From Actinomycetota bacterium (lineage in GTDB: Bacteria > Actinomycetota > UBA4738 > HRBIN12): 64,000 nucleotides of DNA. The stretch is from assembly GCA_050696355.1 (NCBI GenBank), contig JBOGVD010000002.1, positions 1,741-65,740 on the forward strand, written 5' to 3'. Below, piece after piece: positions 27,544 to 35,554 of the stretch; position 1 is the first letter of the stretch, and each line of letters starts with the position of its first letter. The notes beneath the pieces are model-generated. The model was not told where the DNA came from. It did not search any database and saw only the letters and a list, made by a program, of their open reading frames with translations. A program made the position numbers and the translations under genes.

Positions 27544-28965
27544 ATGCGGCGTCTCATCGTCTGGCTCTTCACGCTCGCCGCGGCGACGGTCACGACACCA
27601 CCCGCGCTCGCGGCACCCTCCCTCACGGTGAACACCTACGAGGACACCTTCGACGGGAGCTGCGGAGACGGCGACTGCTCGGTCCGCGACGCGATCGCCG
27701 CGGTGGATCCCGGCGGCACGGTCGGGCTGCCGCCCGGCTTCTACGCGCTCTCCCTCACGGGGACAGGACCGGAGTCGGGCGACATCGACCTCGCCCGACC
27801 GGTGACGATCGTCGGGATCGGCGAGACGGGGAGCTTCCTCGACGCGTCTGCTCTGGGTGACCGGGTGTTCGACGTGTCGGCGGACGTGACGCTCCGTCAC
27901 CTCACCCTGCTCGGCGGCAACCACGTCGCCAGGGGCGGGATCATCCGGGCAACGGCCGGATCACTCGCGGTGCGGGTGGCGACCCTCTTCGGCGGGCGTG
28001 CCGACGACGGCGGTGCCGTCGCCGTCGGTGGGAACGCCACGGCCTCGATCGACCGATCGTGGATCTCCGCAGGGCGTGCAGGGTTCCGAGGCGGAGCGCT
28101 GTTCGTGCGGGGCGCGACCGTCGTCTCGCGATCCACGATCTCCGAGAACCGCGCCGTGGGAGGCGGCGGCGCCTTCGTCGCTCCGTCCGCTTCCCTCTCG
28201 ATCGACGACTCCACCGTCTCCCGGAACGTTGCCGAGCGGGGGGGAGGCATCCACGCGCTCGGCGACGTGGCCCTCTTCTCCTCCACGATCGCGCGGAACC
28301 GCGCGGACGTGGGCGGCGCCGTCCTCGCCTCGACGGCATCGGAGAGCACGGCGGGGAACGTCGTGTTCGCCGGCAACGACGCGGCGCGCGGTCCCCTCTG
28401 CGTGCGGCGCCTCTCCTCGCTCGGCGCCAACGTCGCCGACGTCGGAGGGTGCGGCCTCATCGGACCCGGCGACCGCGCCGGCGTCGATCCACGGGTCGGC
28501 ATCCTCCGACAGAACGGCGGCCCCACACCGACCCACGCCCTGAAGACCGACAGCCCGGCGGTGGGACGCGCATCCGGCTGCAACCCGGTCGACCAGCGGG
28601 GAGCGCCACGGTCCGATTGCGACAGCGGCGCCTACGAGGTCGTCCTGTGCCTCGGCCGCCCGATCACGATCGTCGGCACCCCCGGGCCGGACGAGCTCTC
28701 CGGCGGCCCAGGGCGCGACGTGTTCCTCGGCCTCGGCGAGGACGACGAGTTCCAAGGGTCGCTGGACGCCGACCGAGCGTGTGGCGGCCCCGGCGACGAC
28801 CGCCTGATCGGCGGCCCGGGCAACGATCGGCTCGCGGGGAACCGAGGGCGAGACCTGTTGGAAGGAGAGGGCGGCGTGGACCGCCTCATCGGCGGCCGGG
28901 GGGCGGACGTGTGCCGGGGCGGCACCGGTCCGGACATCACCTGGCACTGCGAGACCGTGTCCTGA
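27544..28965 (+). CDS. Secreted parallel beta-helix protein (choice-of-anchor-Q-like) with C-terminal RTX-type Ca-binding repeats
   Basis: 473 aa with a signal peptide (...PPALA/AP). The DGDCSVRDAIAA opening motif is followed by repeated GGA.... units. It then has NGGPTPTHAL..DSPAV...DQRG.PR...CDSGAYE and a GGPGDDRLIGGPGNDRLAGNRGRDLLEGEGGVDRLIGGRGAD tail. Confidence 0.88.
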   Translation: MRRLIVWLFTLAAATVTTPPALAAPSLTVNTYEDTFDGSCGDGDCSVRDAIAAVDPGGTVGLPPGFYALSLTGTGPESGDIDLARPVTIVGIGETGSFLDASALGDRVFDVSADVTLRHLTLLGGNHVARGGIIRATAGSLAVRVATLFGGRADDGGAVAVGGNATASIDRSWISAGRAGFRGGALFVRGATVVSRSTISENRAVGGGGAFVAPSASLSIDDSTVSRNVAERGGGIHALGDVALFSSTIARNRADVGGAVLASTASESTAGNVVFAGNDAARGPLCVRRLSSLGANVADVGGCGLIGPGDRAGVDPRVGILRQNGGPTPTHALKTDSPAVGRASGCNPVDQRGAPRSDCDSGAYEVVLCLGRPITIVGTPGPDELSGGPGRDVFLGLGEDDEFQGSLDADRACGGPGDDRLIGGPGNDRLAGNRGRDLLEGEGGVDRLIGGRGADVCRGGTGPDITWHCETVS

Positions 28966-28971
28966 GGCGCC

Positions 28972-29430
28972 TCAGTCCAGCCGGCCCCGCCGTTCCTTGG
29001 GCCAGTAGACGAGCAGGACCTTCGCCTTCACCTGTTCCCGGCGGACCGGACCGAAGTGCCGGCTGTCGGTCGAGGCATCCTCGCGGTCACCCTCCACCCA
29101 GAGCTCGTCGGCGCCGAGGACCCGGTCGCCGACCCGGTCGCCGGGCCCCGCCGTGATCCGCTTCACCATCTCGTAGCCGGGACGCCCCGGATGCTCGACG
29201 ACCACCACGCTGCCGCGACGGAACCGGTGGCGCGCGACGGCCAGCGCCCAGTCGCCGGGCATCAGGGTCGGCACCATGCTCGCGCCCTGGATCTCGATCC
29301 GGGACGGTCGCCAGCGGAACAACGCCGCCCCGATCGCGGCGACCGTGGCGACCGCGCTCAGCGCCGCAAGCGGTCTCGAGGACCGATGGTAGGGTTCCTT
29401 CTCACCCCACGTCGGAGGAGGCGGATCCAT
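28972..29430 (-). CDS. sodX: S26-family peptidase, Ni-SOD maturation protease type
   Basis: Catalytic region QGASMVPTL...MVKRI...GD....S.DSR. It sits divergently next to sodN. The start is uncertain: ATG (cat at 29428-29430) is given, and an in-frame upstream start at 29493 is also open. Confidence 0.8.
   Translation of the reverse strand: MDPPPPTWGEKEPYHRSSRPLAALSAVATVAAIGAALFRWRPSRIEIQGASMVPTLMPGDWALAVARHRFRRGSVVVVEHPGRPGYEMVKRITAGPGDRVGDRVLGADELWVEGDREDASTDSRHFGPVRREQVKAKVLLVYWPKERRGRLD
29387..29395 (+). promoter_or_regulatory. Candidate extended -10 element for sodN
   Basis: TGgTAGGGT (TGn + TANNNT) lies 34 nt upstream of the sodN ATG. The RBS GGAGGAGG at 29414-29421 falls between them. 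The element is inside the sodX coding region. Confidence 0.35.
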
Positions 29431-29824
29431 GTTCGAAGCATTCCTCAAACCGCGGCGGACCGTCCACGCCCACTGCGACCTGCCGTGCGGCATCTACGAC
29501 CCGGCGCAAGCCCGCATCGAGGCGGAGTCCGTGAAGGGCTGCCAGGAGAAGTACCAGGGCTCCGACGACGCGATCTTCAAGGATCGCGCGGTCGCCATCA
29601 AGGAACAGCGGGCCAACCTGGTCAAGGAGCACCTCTGGGTCCTGTGGACCGACTACTTCAAGCCCGAGCACCTCGAGAGCTACCCGCAGTTGCACGACCT
29701 CTTCTGGAGGGCCACCAAGGAGGCGGGCAACGCCAAGCGATCCGAGGACCCCGCGCAGGGCCAGAAGCTGCTCGATGCCATCGACGAGCTGTCGAAGATC
29801 TTCTGGGAGACCAAGTCGGCGTAA
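29429..29824 (+). CDS. sodN: Nickel-containing superoxide dismutase precursor
   Basis: 131 aa. A 14-aa propeptide is followed by the Ni-hook HCDLPCGIYDP. The remainder (AQARIEAESV...LWVLWTDYFKPEH) is classical NiSOD. Confidence 0.95.
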   Translation: MFEAFLKPRRTVHAHCDLPCGIYDPAQARIEAESVKGCQEKYQGSDDAIFKDRAVAIKEQRANLVKEHLWVLWTDYFKPEHLESYPQLHDLFWRATKEAGNAKRSEDPAQGQKLLDAIDELSKIFWETKSA

Positions 29825-29854
29825 CGCCGGACGCGCTGCCGGAACGCGCGTGAG

Positions 29855-29880
29855 GGCCGGGCCGCCGTCGCGGCCCGGCC
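29855..29880 (+). terminator. GC-rich hairpin downstream of sodN
   Basis: GGCCGGGCCG(C)-cgtc-(G)CGGCCCGGCC forms a 10-11 bp stem. It lies 31 nt after the sodN stop and is followed by TCATCGTT. Confidence 0.55.
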
Positions 29881-30153
29881 TCATCGTTCCCACCTCCGCC
29901 ACAGGAGAGGCCGACGGGCGGGGCCGTCGGAAACACCCGCCCGCCGGCGACGCGCACCCGCGAGGGCGCACGCGCAGGCCTCCGATCCTTCACGCCCCTC
30001 ACGGGCGAGAAGAAACCGGCGGCACCGAGGCGGGTCTGGCGGCGCCTCGGCACCAACCGGTCTCGTTGCGCAGCATCGGTCAGTCGACCCACTGCCGCCT
30101 AGTGGCCGAAGGTCGAAAGTTGGCCGACTTCCGGCTGATACGTTGGCCGACCT

Positions 30154-31128
30154 ATGCGCGACATCGGGCTCGTCGGCGTGCCGATCTCCGGCAAGTCCAC
30201 CCTGTTCGCCGCACTCACGCGCGCCGGCTCGCACGGCGGGCAGGCCAACGTGGCGGTCGTCCCGGTCCCCGACCCGCGGCTCGCCGTCCTCACGGAGATG
30301 GAGCGTTCGAAGAAGACGGTGCCCGCGCAGGTCCGGTTCGTCGACGTCCCGGGCGGCACCTCGAGCGCCCAGGGTCTGGCGAAGCTGCGCGAGTCCGACG
30401 CGCTCGCGGTCGTCCTCCGGTGCTTCGGCGCCGACCGGGCACCGGCCCAAGAGCTCGCCGACGTGCGGAGCGAGCTCCTGCTGGCCGATCTCGCCGTCGT
30501 GGAGAGCGCCCTCGAGAAGGGCGTGAAGCGGGCGAAGGGACGGCCGGGGCCCGAGGTCCACGCGCTGCAGCGCGCCAAGGACGCACTCGACGCGGAGCAT
30601 CCGCTCCGTGCCGCCGGCCTGGACGCGCAGGAGCTCGCGCATCTCAAGGGCATCGCCGCCCTGACGCTGAAGCCAGAGGTGGTGATCGCCAACCTCGAAG
30701 AAGGGGGCGAGCCGCCGGCGGGCCTGGAGGACGCCGTCGGCGTGTACGCCTCGATCGAGGCCGAGACCACCGAGATGGAGCCCGAGGAGGCTCGGGCGCT
30801 GCTCGAGGAGTTCGGCGTGTCGGAGCCCGGTCTCGAGCGCGTGATCGCGGCCGGCTACGGCGCGCTCGACCTGATCACGTTCCTCACGACCGGCGAGGAC
30901 GAGACGCGCGCCTGGGAGGTGCGGCGGGGCGCGAAGGCCCCGGAGGCGGCCGGCGCGATCCACACCGACCTGGAGCGCGGGTTCATCCGGGCAGAGGTGA
31001 TCACCTACGACGAGCTCGTCGCGGTGGGCTCGATGGACGCGGCGAAGGCAGCCGGAAAGCTCCGCGTAGAAGGGAAGGATTACGTCGTGCAGGAAGGCGA
31101 CATCCTGCACGTCCGCTTCGCCGTGTGA
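30154..31128 (+). CDS. ychF: YchF/OLA1-like ribosome-binding ATPase (short, divergent form)
   Basis: 324 aa. It has the G1 motif GLVGVPISGKSTLF. The C-terminal TGS-like region is FLT.GEDE.RAW....G.KAP.AAG.IH.D.ERGFIRAEVI.YD... Confidence 0.8.
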   Translation: MRDIGLVGVPISGKSTLFAALTRAGSHGGQANVAVVPVPDPRLAVLTEMERSKKTVPAQVRFVDVPGGTSSAQGLAKLRESDALAVVLRCFGADRAPAQELADVRSELLLADLAVVESALEKGVKRAKGRPGPEVHALQRAKDALDAEHPLRAAGLDAQELAHLKGIAALTLKPEVVIANLEEGGEPPAGLEDAVGVYASIEAETTEMEPEEARALLEEFGVSEPGLERVIAAGYGALDLITFLTTGEDETRAWEVRRGAKAPEAAGAIHTDLERGFIRAEVITYDELVAVGSMDAAKAAGKLRVEGKDYVVQEGDILHVRFAV

Positions 31129-31134
31129 CGGGGC

Positions 31135-32439
31135 TCAATCGGCTCCGTTCTCCCCGAGCAGGAACCGGGCCGGCGTCGGCCCCTTGCCCTTGAGGTTCAC
31201 CACGTGCGCCCCGGAGAACCGGAACCGATCTCGGAGATGCTCGTGCACGCGCTCCGAGACCTGGATCTCGCCAGGCGTGCCGTTAGACTCCAGCCTGGCC
31301 GCCGTGTTCACGGCATCGCCCCACAGATCGTAGGCGAACTTGCGCGTCCCGATCACCCCCGCGACCGCCGGACCGGTCGCCATCCCGATCCGGACGCTCA
31401 TCGGATCACCGCTCGGCCAACGCAGCCCGCGGATCTCGTCCTTCATCGCGAGCGCCATCTGCGCGGCGAGCTCGACATCGTCGGCACGCGACTCGGGCAC
31501 GCCGGCGACCGCCATGTACGCGTCACCGATCGTCTTGATCTTCTCGAGGCCATACCGTTCGGCGAGTCGGTCGAACCGCGAGAACACCTCGTCCAGCACC
31601 GCGACGATCTGCGGTGGCTGCGACCGTGCCGACTGCTGCGTGAAGTCCACGAGGTCGGCGAACACGACCGTCACCTCGTCGAAGGCCTCCGCGATATGCC
31701 CGTGCTCGGTCGCGGGGTCGCGCTGCTTCAGTCGGTCCGCGATCTTCTCCGGGAGGATGTTCCGCAGGAGCCCTTCGGAGCGCCCTCGCTCCCGGTCGAG
31801 TTCCCGCTCGCGCAGGAACAACAGGCGTTGCGATCGCTCGAGCACATACGCGCCGACCGTGCCGATGAACGCCGTGACGAGGAGGAAGTAGTCGCCGAAG
31901 ACGATGTCGATCGTCGTGTCCTTCGTGAACAACAACGCCCCCACGTTGTGCATCACGATCAGACCGAGTCCGACCAGCGCCGAGTAGCGGAACTGCAGCC
32001 GGCTGAGGATGTACGCGAAGATCAGGATCAGCATGTTCCCGGCGTAGCCCCAGTCCGATCGCGCATCCACGACGAGCGCCCGATGGATCACCCATACGAG
32101 GCCGCTGAACAGGATCGCCGCCGAGATCAAGGGTTGCCAGATCCGCCGGTAGCCGGGCAGGTAGGTGAGCGCGAGGCTCACCAGGCCCGACGGCACCCCG
32201 AGCCCGTAGCGGATCACGAGCTCTCGGGTGATCCCTTCCTCTTCGACGACGAGCTGCGCGAGCGGGCCGAACGCCGCCCACGTGACCGCCCCCAGGAACG
32301 TCGCGATCCGGATGTACTGGAGGTTCTCGTCGAAGTACGTGTCCTGGAACCTGCGCTCGAGCCACTCGTCTTTGAACTTCAGGGACCAGGGGCGGAGCTC
32401 GGGCGCCTGGTCGAGGAAGCTGCGGACGGCGCGGAGCAC
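31135..32439 (-). CDS. Membrane-bound class III adenylate cyclase
   Basis: 434 aa. The N-terminal part has ~6 TM helices. Catalytic motifs: VTVVFADLVDFT, KTIGDAYMAVAG, YDLWGDAVNTAARLES. Confidence 0.92.
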   Translation of the reverse strand: MLRAVRSFLDQAPELRPWSLKFKDEWLERRFQDTYFDENLQYIRIATFLGAVTWAAFGPLAQLVVEEEGITRELVIRYGLGVPSGLVSLALTYLPGYRRIWQPLISAAILFSGLVWVIHRALVVDARSDWGYAGNMLILIFAYILSRLQFRYSALVGLGLIVMHNVGALLFTKDTTIDIVFGDYFLLVTAFIGTVGAYVLERSQRLLFLRERELDRERGRSEGLLRNILPEKIADRLKQRDPATEHGHIAEAFDEVTVVFADLVDFTQQSARSQPPQIVAVLDEVFSRFDRLAERYGLEKIKTIGDAYMAVAGVPESRADDVELAAQMALAMKDEIRGLRWPSGDPMSVRIGMATGPAVAGVIGTRKFAYDLWGDAVNTAARLESNGTPGEIQVSERVHEHLRDRFRFSGAHVVNLKGKGPTPARFLLGENGAD

Positions 32440-32589
32440 GACTCAGCGACCTCGCGAGGTCGAGCAGGACGTCCGCGGCGCCGAGACCAGCATGGCCGCG
32501 CATCGTGCCACACCGGGAGCTTCAGCGGCTACCTTCAGCATCCAGCTCACTCCTCGCCAGGTATCCCTGGCGATGGCGGGGGATGCCCC

Positions 32590-32597
32590 TATAAACT
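32590..32597 (+). promoter_or_regulatory. Candidate -10 element placing a leaderless start at ATG 32604
   Basis: TATAAACT contains TAAACT (32592-32597, TANNNT). Only 6 nt separate it from the A of ATG 32604, and no SD sequence is present. Confidence 0.4.
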
Positions 32598-32603
32598 CGT
32601 CGG

Positions 32604-32932
32604 ATGGACGACTACCGGATCGGACAGGCGGCCGAGGCCATCGGCGTACGCGTCGAGACGCTCCGGCGTTGGGAGCGCGACGGGAAGCTGACCACCGTCC
32701 GTACCTCGGGCGGTCAGCGGCGGGTGTCGTCAGCCGGCGGAACGCCTTCCCCGGCGTCGTCACGAAGGTGACGCGCGACACGGTCTCCGCGCTCGTGGAG
32801 ATCCAGGCGGGGCCGCACCGGGTCGTGTCGTTGATCACGCGCGAGGCGGCGGACGAGCTGGCCCTCGAGCCGGGCATGGAAGCCGTCGCCACCGTGAAGG
32901 CGACGAGCGTCATGGTCGAGATCCCACCATGA
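32604..32932 (+). pseudogene. MerR/excisionase-type HTH + TOBE (molybdate-binding, Mop-like) regulator gene, split by an apparent -1 frame change
   Basis: The frame from ATG 32604 encodes MDDYRIGQAAEAIGVRVETLRRWERDGKLTTVRTSGGQRRV and then runs to TGA 32769-32771. The -1 frame continues as SRRNAFPGVVTKVTRDTVSALVEIQAGPHRVVSLITREAADELALEPGMEAVATVKATSVMVE to TGA 32930-32932. The junction is around 32720-32740. Confidence 0.6.
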
Positions 32933-33678
32933 AGGTGCGGGCGCTGCTCCTCGCCCTCGCGATCGCGGGGAGCTCGTGTGGAGGCGACGCGGCGGCGGGC
33001 ACGTCGGTCACGGTGTTCGCGGCCGCCTCGTTGACGGAAGCCTTCACGCGGATCGCCGACGACTACGAAGCGGAGCACGGCATCGAGGTTCGACTGAGCT
33101 TCGGGCCGTCCGACGGGCTCGCGACGCAGATCGAGGAAGGAGCGCCCGCGGACGTCTTCGCCTCGGCGAGCCCGCGGTGGATGGACGAGGTGGCCGGCGA
33201 TCCGGGTGTCACGGATCGAGCCGACTTCGCCCGTAACGTCCTGGTCGTGATCGTTCCGGCCGGAGATCCAGCCGACGTGGCGTCGATCGAGGACCTCGCC
33301 GTCCCGGGCATCAAGCTGGTCCTGGCGGCCGAGGGCGTCCCGGCCGGCGACTACGCTCGGGAGCTCCTCGCGAACGCCCGGATCGCGGACGAGGCGCTGG
33401 CGAACGTCGTGTCCAACGAAGATGACGTCAAGGGCGTCGTGCAGAAGGTCGCTCTCGGAGAAGCCGATGCCGGCATCGTCTACCGGACCGACGTGACCGG
33501 CACGGTGGCTGAAGACCTCGAGGTCGTTGCGGTTCCCGATGAGATCAACGTCGTCGCCGTGTATCCGATCGCCGCCGTCGTCGGAGCGTCGCGAACCTCC
33601 TCGGCGCGTTCGTTCGTCGCCTACGTGCTCGGATCGGGACAGGACAGGCTCCGGGCGGCGGGCTTCCTCCCGCCGTGA
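32929..33678 (+). CDS. modA: Molybdate ABC transporter substrate-binding lipoprotein
   Basis: 249 aa. Lipobox AGSSC. Motifs: VFAAASL..AF, FASAS, GVP.G.YA, VA.GEADAGIVY.TD. Confidence 0.93.
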   Translation: MKVRALLLALAIAGSSCGGDAAAGTSVTVFAAASLTEAFTRIADDYEAEHGIEVRLSFGPSDGLATQIEEGAPADVFASASPRWMDEVAGDPGVTDRADFARNVLVVIVPAGDPADVASIEDLAVPGIKLVLAAEGVPAGDYARELLANARIADEALANVVSNEDDVKGVVQKVALGEADAGIVYRTDVTGTVAEDLEVVAVPDEINVVAVYPIAAVVGASRTSSARSFVAYVLGSGQDRLRAAGFLPP

Positions 33679-34457
33679 GGCGCCGCATCCCGGTCGGCAT
33701 CATCGCGATCGCGACCCTCGGCGTCGCGTTCGTGCTCCTACCCGTCGCCGGACTCCTCCAACGAGCGCCGTGGGACCGGACGGGTACGCTGCTCCGCTCG
33801 GAGATCGCGACCGAGGGCTTGCGCGTATCGCTGGTCGTATCGCTGGGCGCTGCCGGCGTCTCGCTGTTCCTGGGGGTCCCGCTCGGTCTGCTCCTCGGTC
33901 GTGCCACCTTCCCGGGCATCGCGATCGTGCGTGCCCTGGCCCTGCTCCCGCTCGTGCTCCCGCCGGTCGTCGCCGGGATCGGGTTGCTGACCGCGTTCGG
34001 ACGACGTGGCCTCCTCGGCGGCCTGGGTCGGGCGATCGGCGTCGAGCTCCCGTTCACGACGGCAGGCGCCGCGCTCGCAGCCGCGTTCGTCTCGTTCCCG
34101 TTCGTCGTGCTCGCGGTGGAATCGGGGCTCCGATCATCGGACACCGGTCTGGAGGACGCTGCCGCGTCCCTCGGCGGATCCCGCTGGTACGTCCTGCGAC
34201 GCGTGACCCTCCCGCTCCTCGGTCCCCAGATCGTGGCGGGGACGGTGCTCGCCTGGGCACGGGCGCTCGGCGAGTTCGGCGCCACGATCACGTTCGCCGG
34301 GAACTTCCGCGGCCAGACGCAGACGATGCCGCTCGCGGTGTTCGAAGCGCTCCAATCCGACCCCGCGGGGGCGACCGTTCTGTCTCTCGTGCTCGTGGCA
34401 TCGTCTCTGGCCGTCCTCGTCGCACTCCGTGGCCGATTCCTGGGAGCGTCGCGTTGA
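33675..34457 (+). CDS. modB: Molybdate ABC transporter permease
   Basis: 260 aa. EAA-type loop LEDAAASLGGSRW..LRRVTLPL. The motif ARALGEFGATI.FAGN is typical of ModB/CysTW. It overlaps modA by 4 nt. Confidence 0.92.
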   Translation: MRRRIPVGIIAIATLGVAFVLLPVAGLLQRAPWDRTGTLLRSEIATEGLRVSLVVSLGAAGVSLFLGVPLGLLLGRATFPGIAIVRALALLPLVLPPVVAGIGLLTAFGRRGLLGGLGRAIGVELPFTTAGAALAAAFVSFPFVVLAVESGLRSSDTGLEDAAASLGGSRWYVLRRVTLPLLGPQIVAGTVLAWARALGEFGATITFAGNFRGQTQTMPLAVFEALQSDPAGATVLSLVLVASSLAVLVALRGRFLGASR

Positions 34458-35554
34458 GCCTGCGAGTCGACATCTCGGTGAGACGCGGCACGTTCGAGGT
34501 GGGTGCGGCGTTCACGGCAGCCGACGGCGAGACGCTCGCCCTCCTCGGCCCCAACGGCTCCGGGAAGTCGACGCTCGTCCTCGCGCTCGCGGGCCTGATC
34601 GAGAACGCCGGGACGGTCGAGCTCGCCGGCGCGCGGATCGAGCGCCTCCCTCCGGATCGACGGCCGCTCGGGGTCGCGTTCCAGGGAGGAGCCCTCTTCC
34701 CGCACATGAGCGCCCTCGCGAACGTGGCGTTCCCCTTGCGGGCGCGGGGCATCGCCCGGCGGGCGGCTCACCGGGAAGCCGGCGCCACGCTCTCCCTCCT
34801 CGCGCCAGACGTGCGGCCCGACGCCTCGCCCCCGACCCTCTCGGGGGGCGAGCGGCAGCGCGTCGCGCTCGCCCGGGCCGTGGTTCACGAGCCCGAGCTG
34901 CTGCTCCTCGACGAGCCCTCGTCAGGCCTCGACGTCCGGGGGCGCGCCGAGCTCCGCCCGATCCTCGTCGAGATGCTGGCCGGTTTCCCCGGCATCCGCG
35001 TGCTCGTGACCCACGATCCCGTCGAAGCGATGACGTTGGCGGATCGGGTCGTGATCCTCGAGCGGGGTCGCGTCACGCAAGCGGGCACGTTCGGCGACCT
35101 CCGCCGAGCGCCACGCACGAGATACGCCGCTGAGCTCGCGGGGGTGAACCTGTTCGCAGGCGTCCTCGAACCCCTCGAGAGCGGGACGGGGAAGCTCGTC
35201 GCAGAGGGCGGCGCGGTCATCGTGGGCTGGCCGGACCACATCCCGCGGAGAAGGATCGAGGACGCCATCGGGACCCTGCGGCCGTCCAGCGTCGTCGTCC
35301 ACATCTCGGAGCCGTCACCGAGCTCGGCGCGCAACGTCCTGCGTGGCGTGATCGAGGACGTCGCCATCCACGGCGATCGTCCTCGGATCCGGATCGCGTC
35401 ACGACCCCCCCTCGTGGCCGAGGTGACGGCGGCCTCCGTCCTGGACATGGGCCTCGTCCGAGGAGCAGCGGTATGGATCTCCTTCAAGGCGGTCGAGGTG
35501 GAGATCATCGTGGGCGATCAAGGACGACCGGGCGCCGGTACCCTGGGGATGTGA
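34454..35554 (+). CDS. modC: Molybdate ABC transporter ATP-binding protein with C-terminal TOBE domain
   Basis: TTG 34454 overlaps the modB stop (TTGA). Walker A GPNGSGKST, signature LSGGERQR, Walker B LLLLDEP. The C-terminal region SARNVLRGVIEDV...ASRPPLVAEVT is the TOBE domain. Confidence 0.9.
   Translation: MSLRVDISVRRGTFEVGAAFTAADGETLALLGPNGSGKSTLVLALAGLIENAGTVELAGARIERLPPDRRPLGVAFQGGALFPHMSALANVAFPLRARGIARRAAHREAGATLSLLAPDVRPDASPPTLSGGERQRVALARAVVHEPELLLLDEPSSGLDVRGRAELRPILVEMLAGFPGIRVLVTHDPVEAMTLADRVVILERGRVTQAGTFGDLRRAPRTRYAAELAGVNLFAGVLEPLESGTGKLVAEGGAVIVGWPDHIPRRRIEDAIGTLRPSSVVVHISEPSPSSARNVLRGVIEDVAIHGDRPRIRIASRPPLVAEVTAASVLDMGLVRGAAVWISFKAVEVEIIVGDQGRPGAGTLGM

Noticed and set aside
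29881-31193. ORFs 29881..31110 (-) and 29775..31193 (+) overlapping ychF
   Set aside because: Both are out of frame with or antisense to the YchF-like gene and have Arg/Gly/Pro-rich translations. They do not explain the 270-nt gap upstream of ychF.
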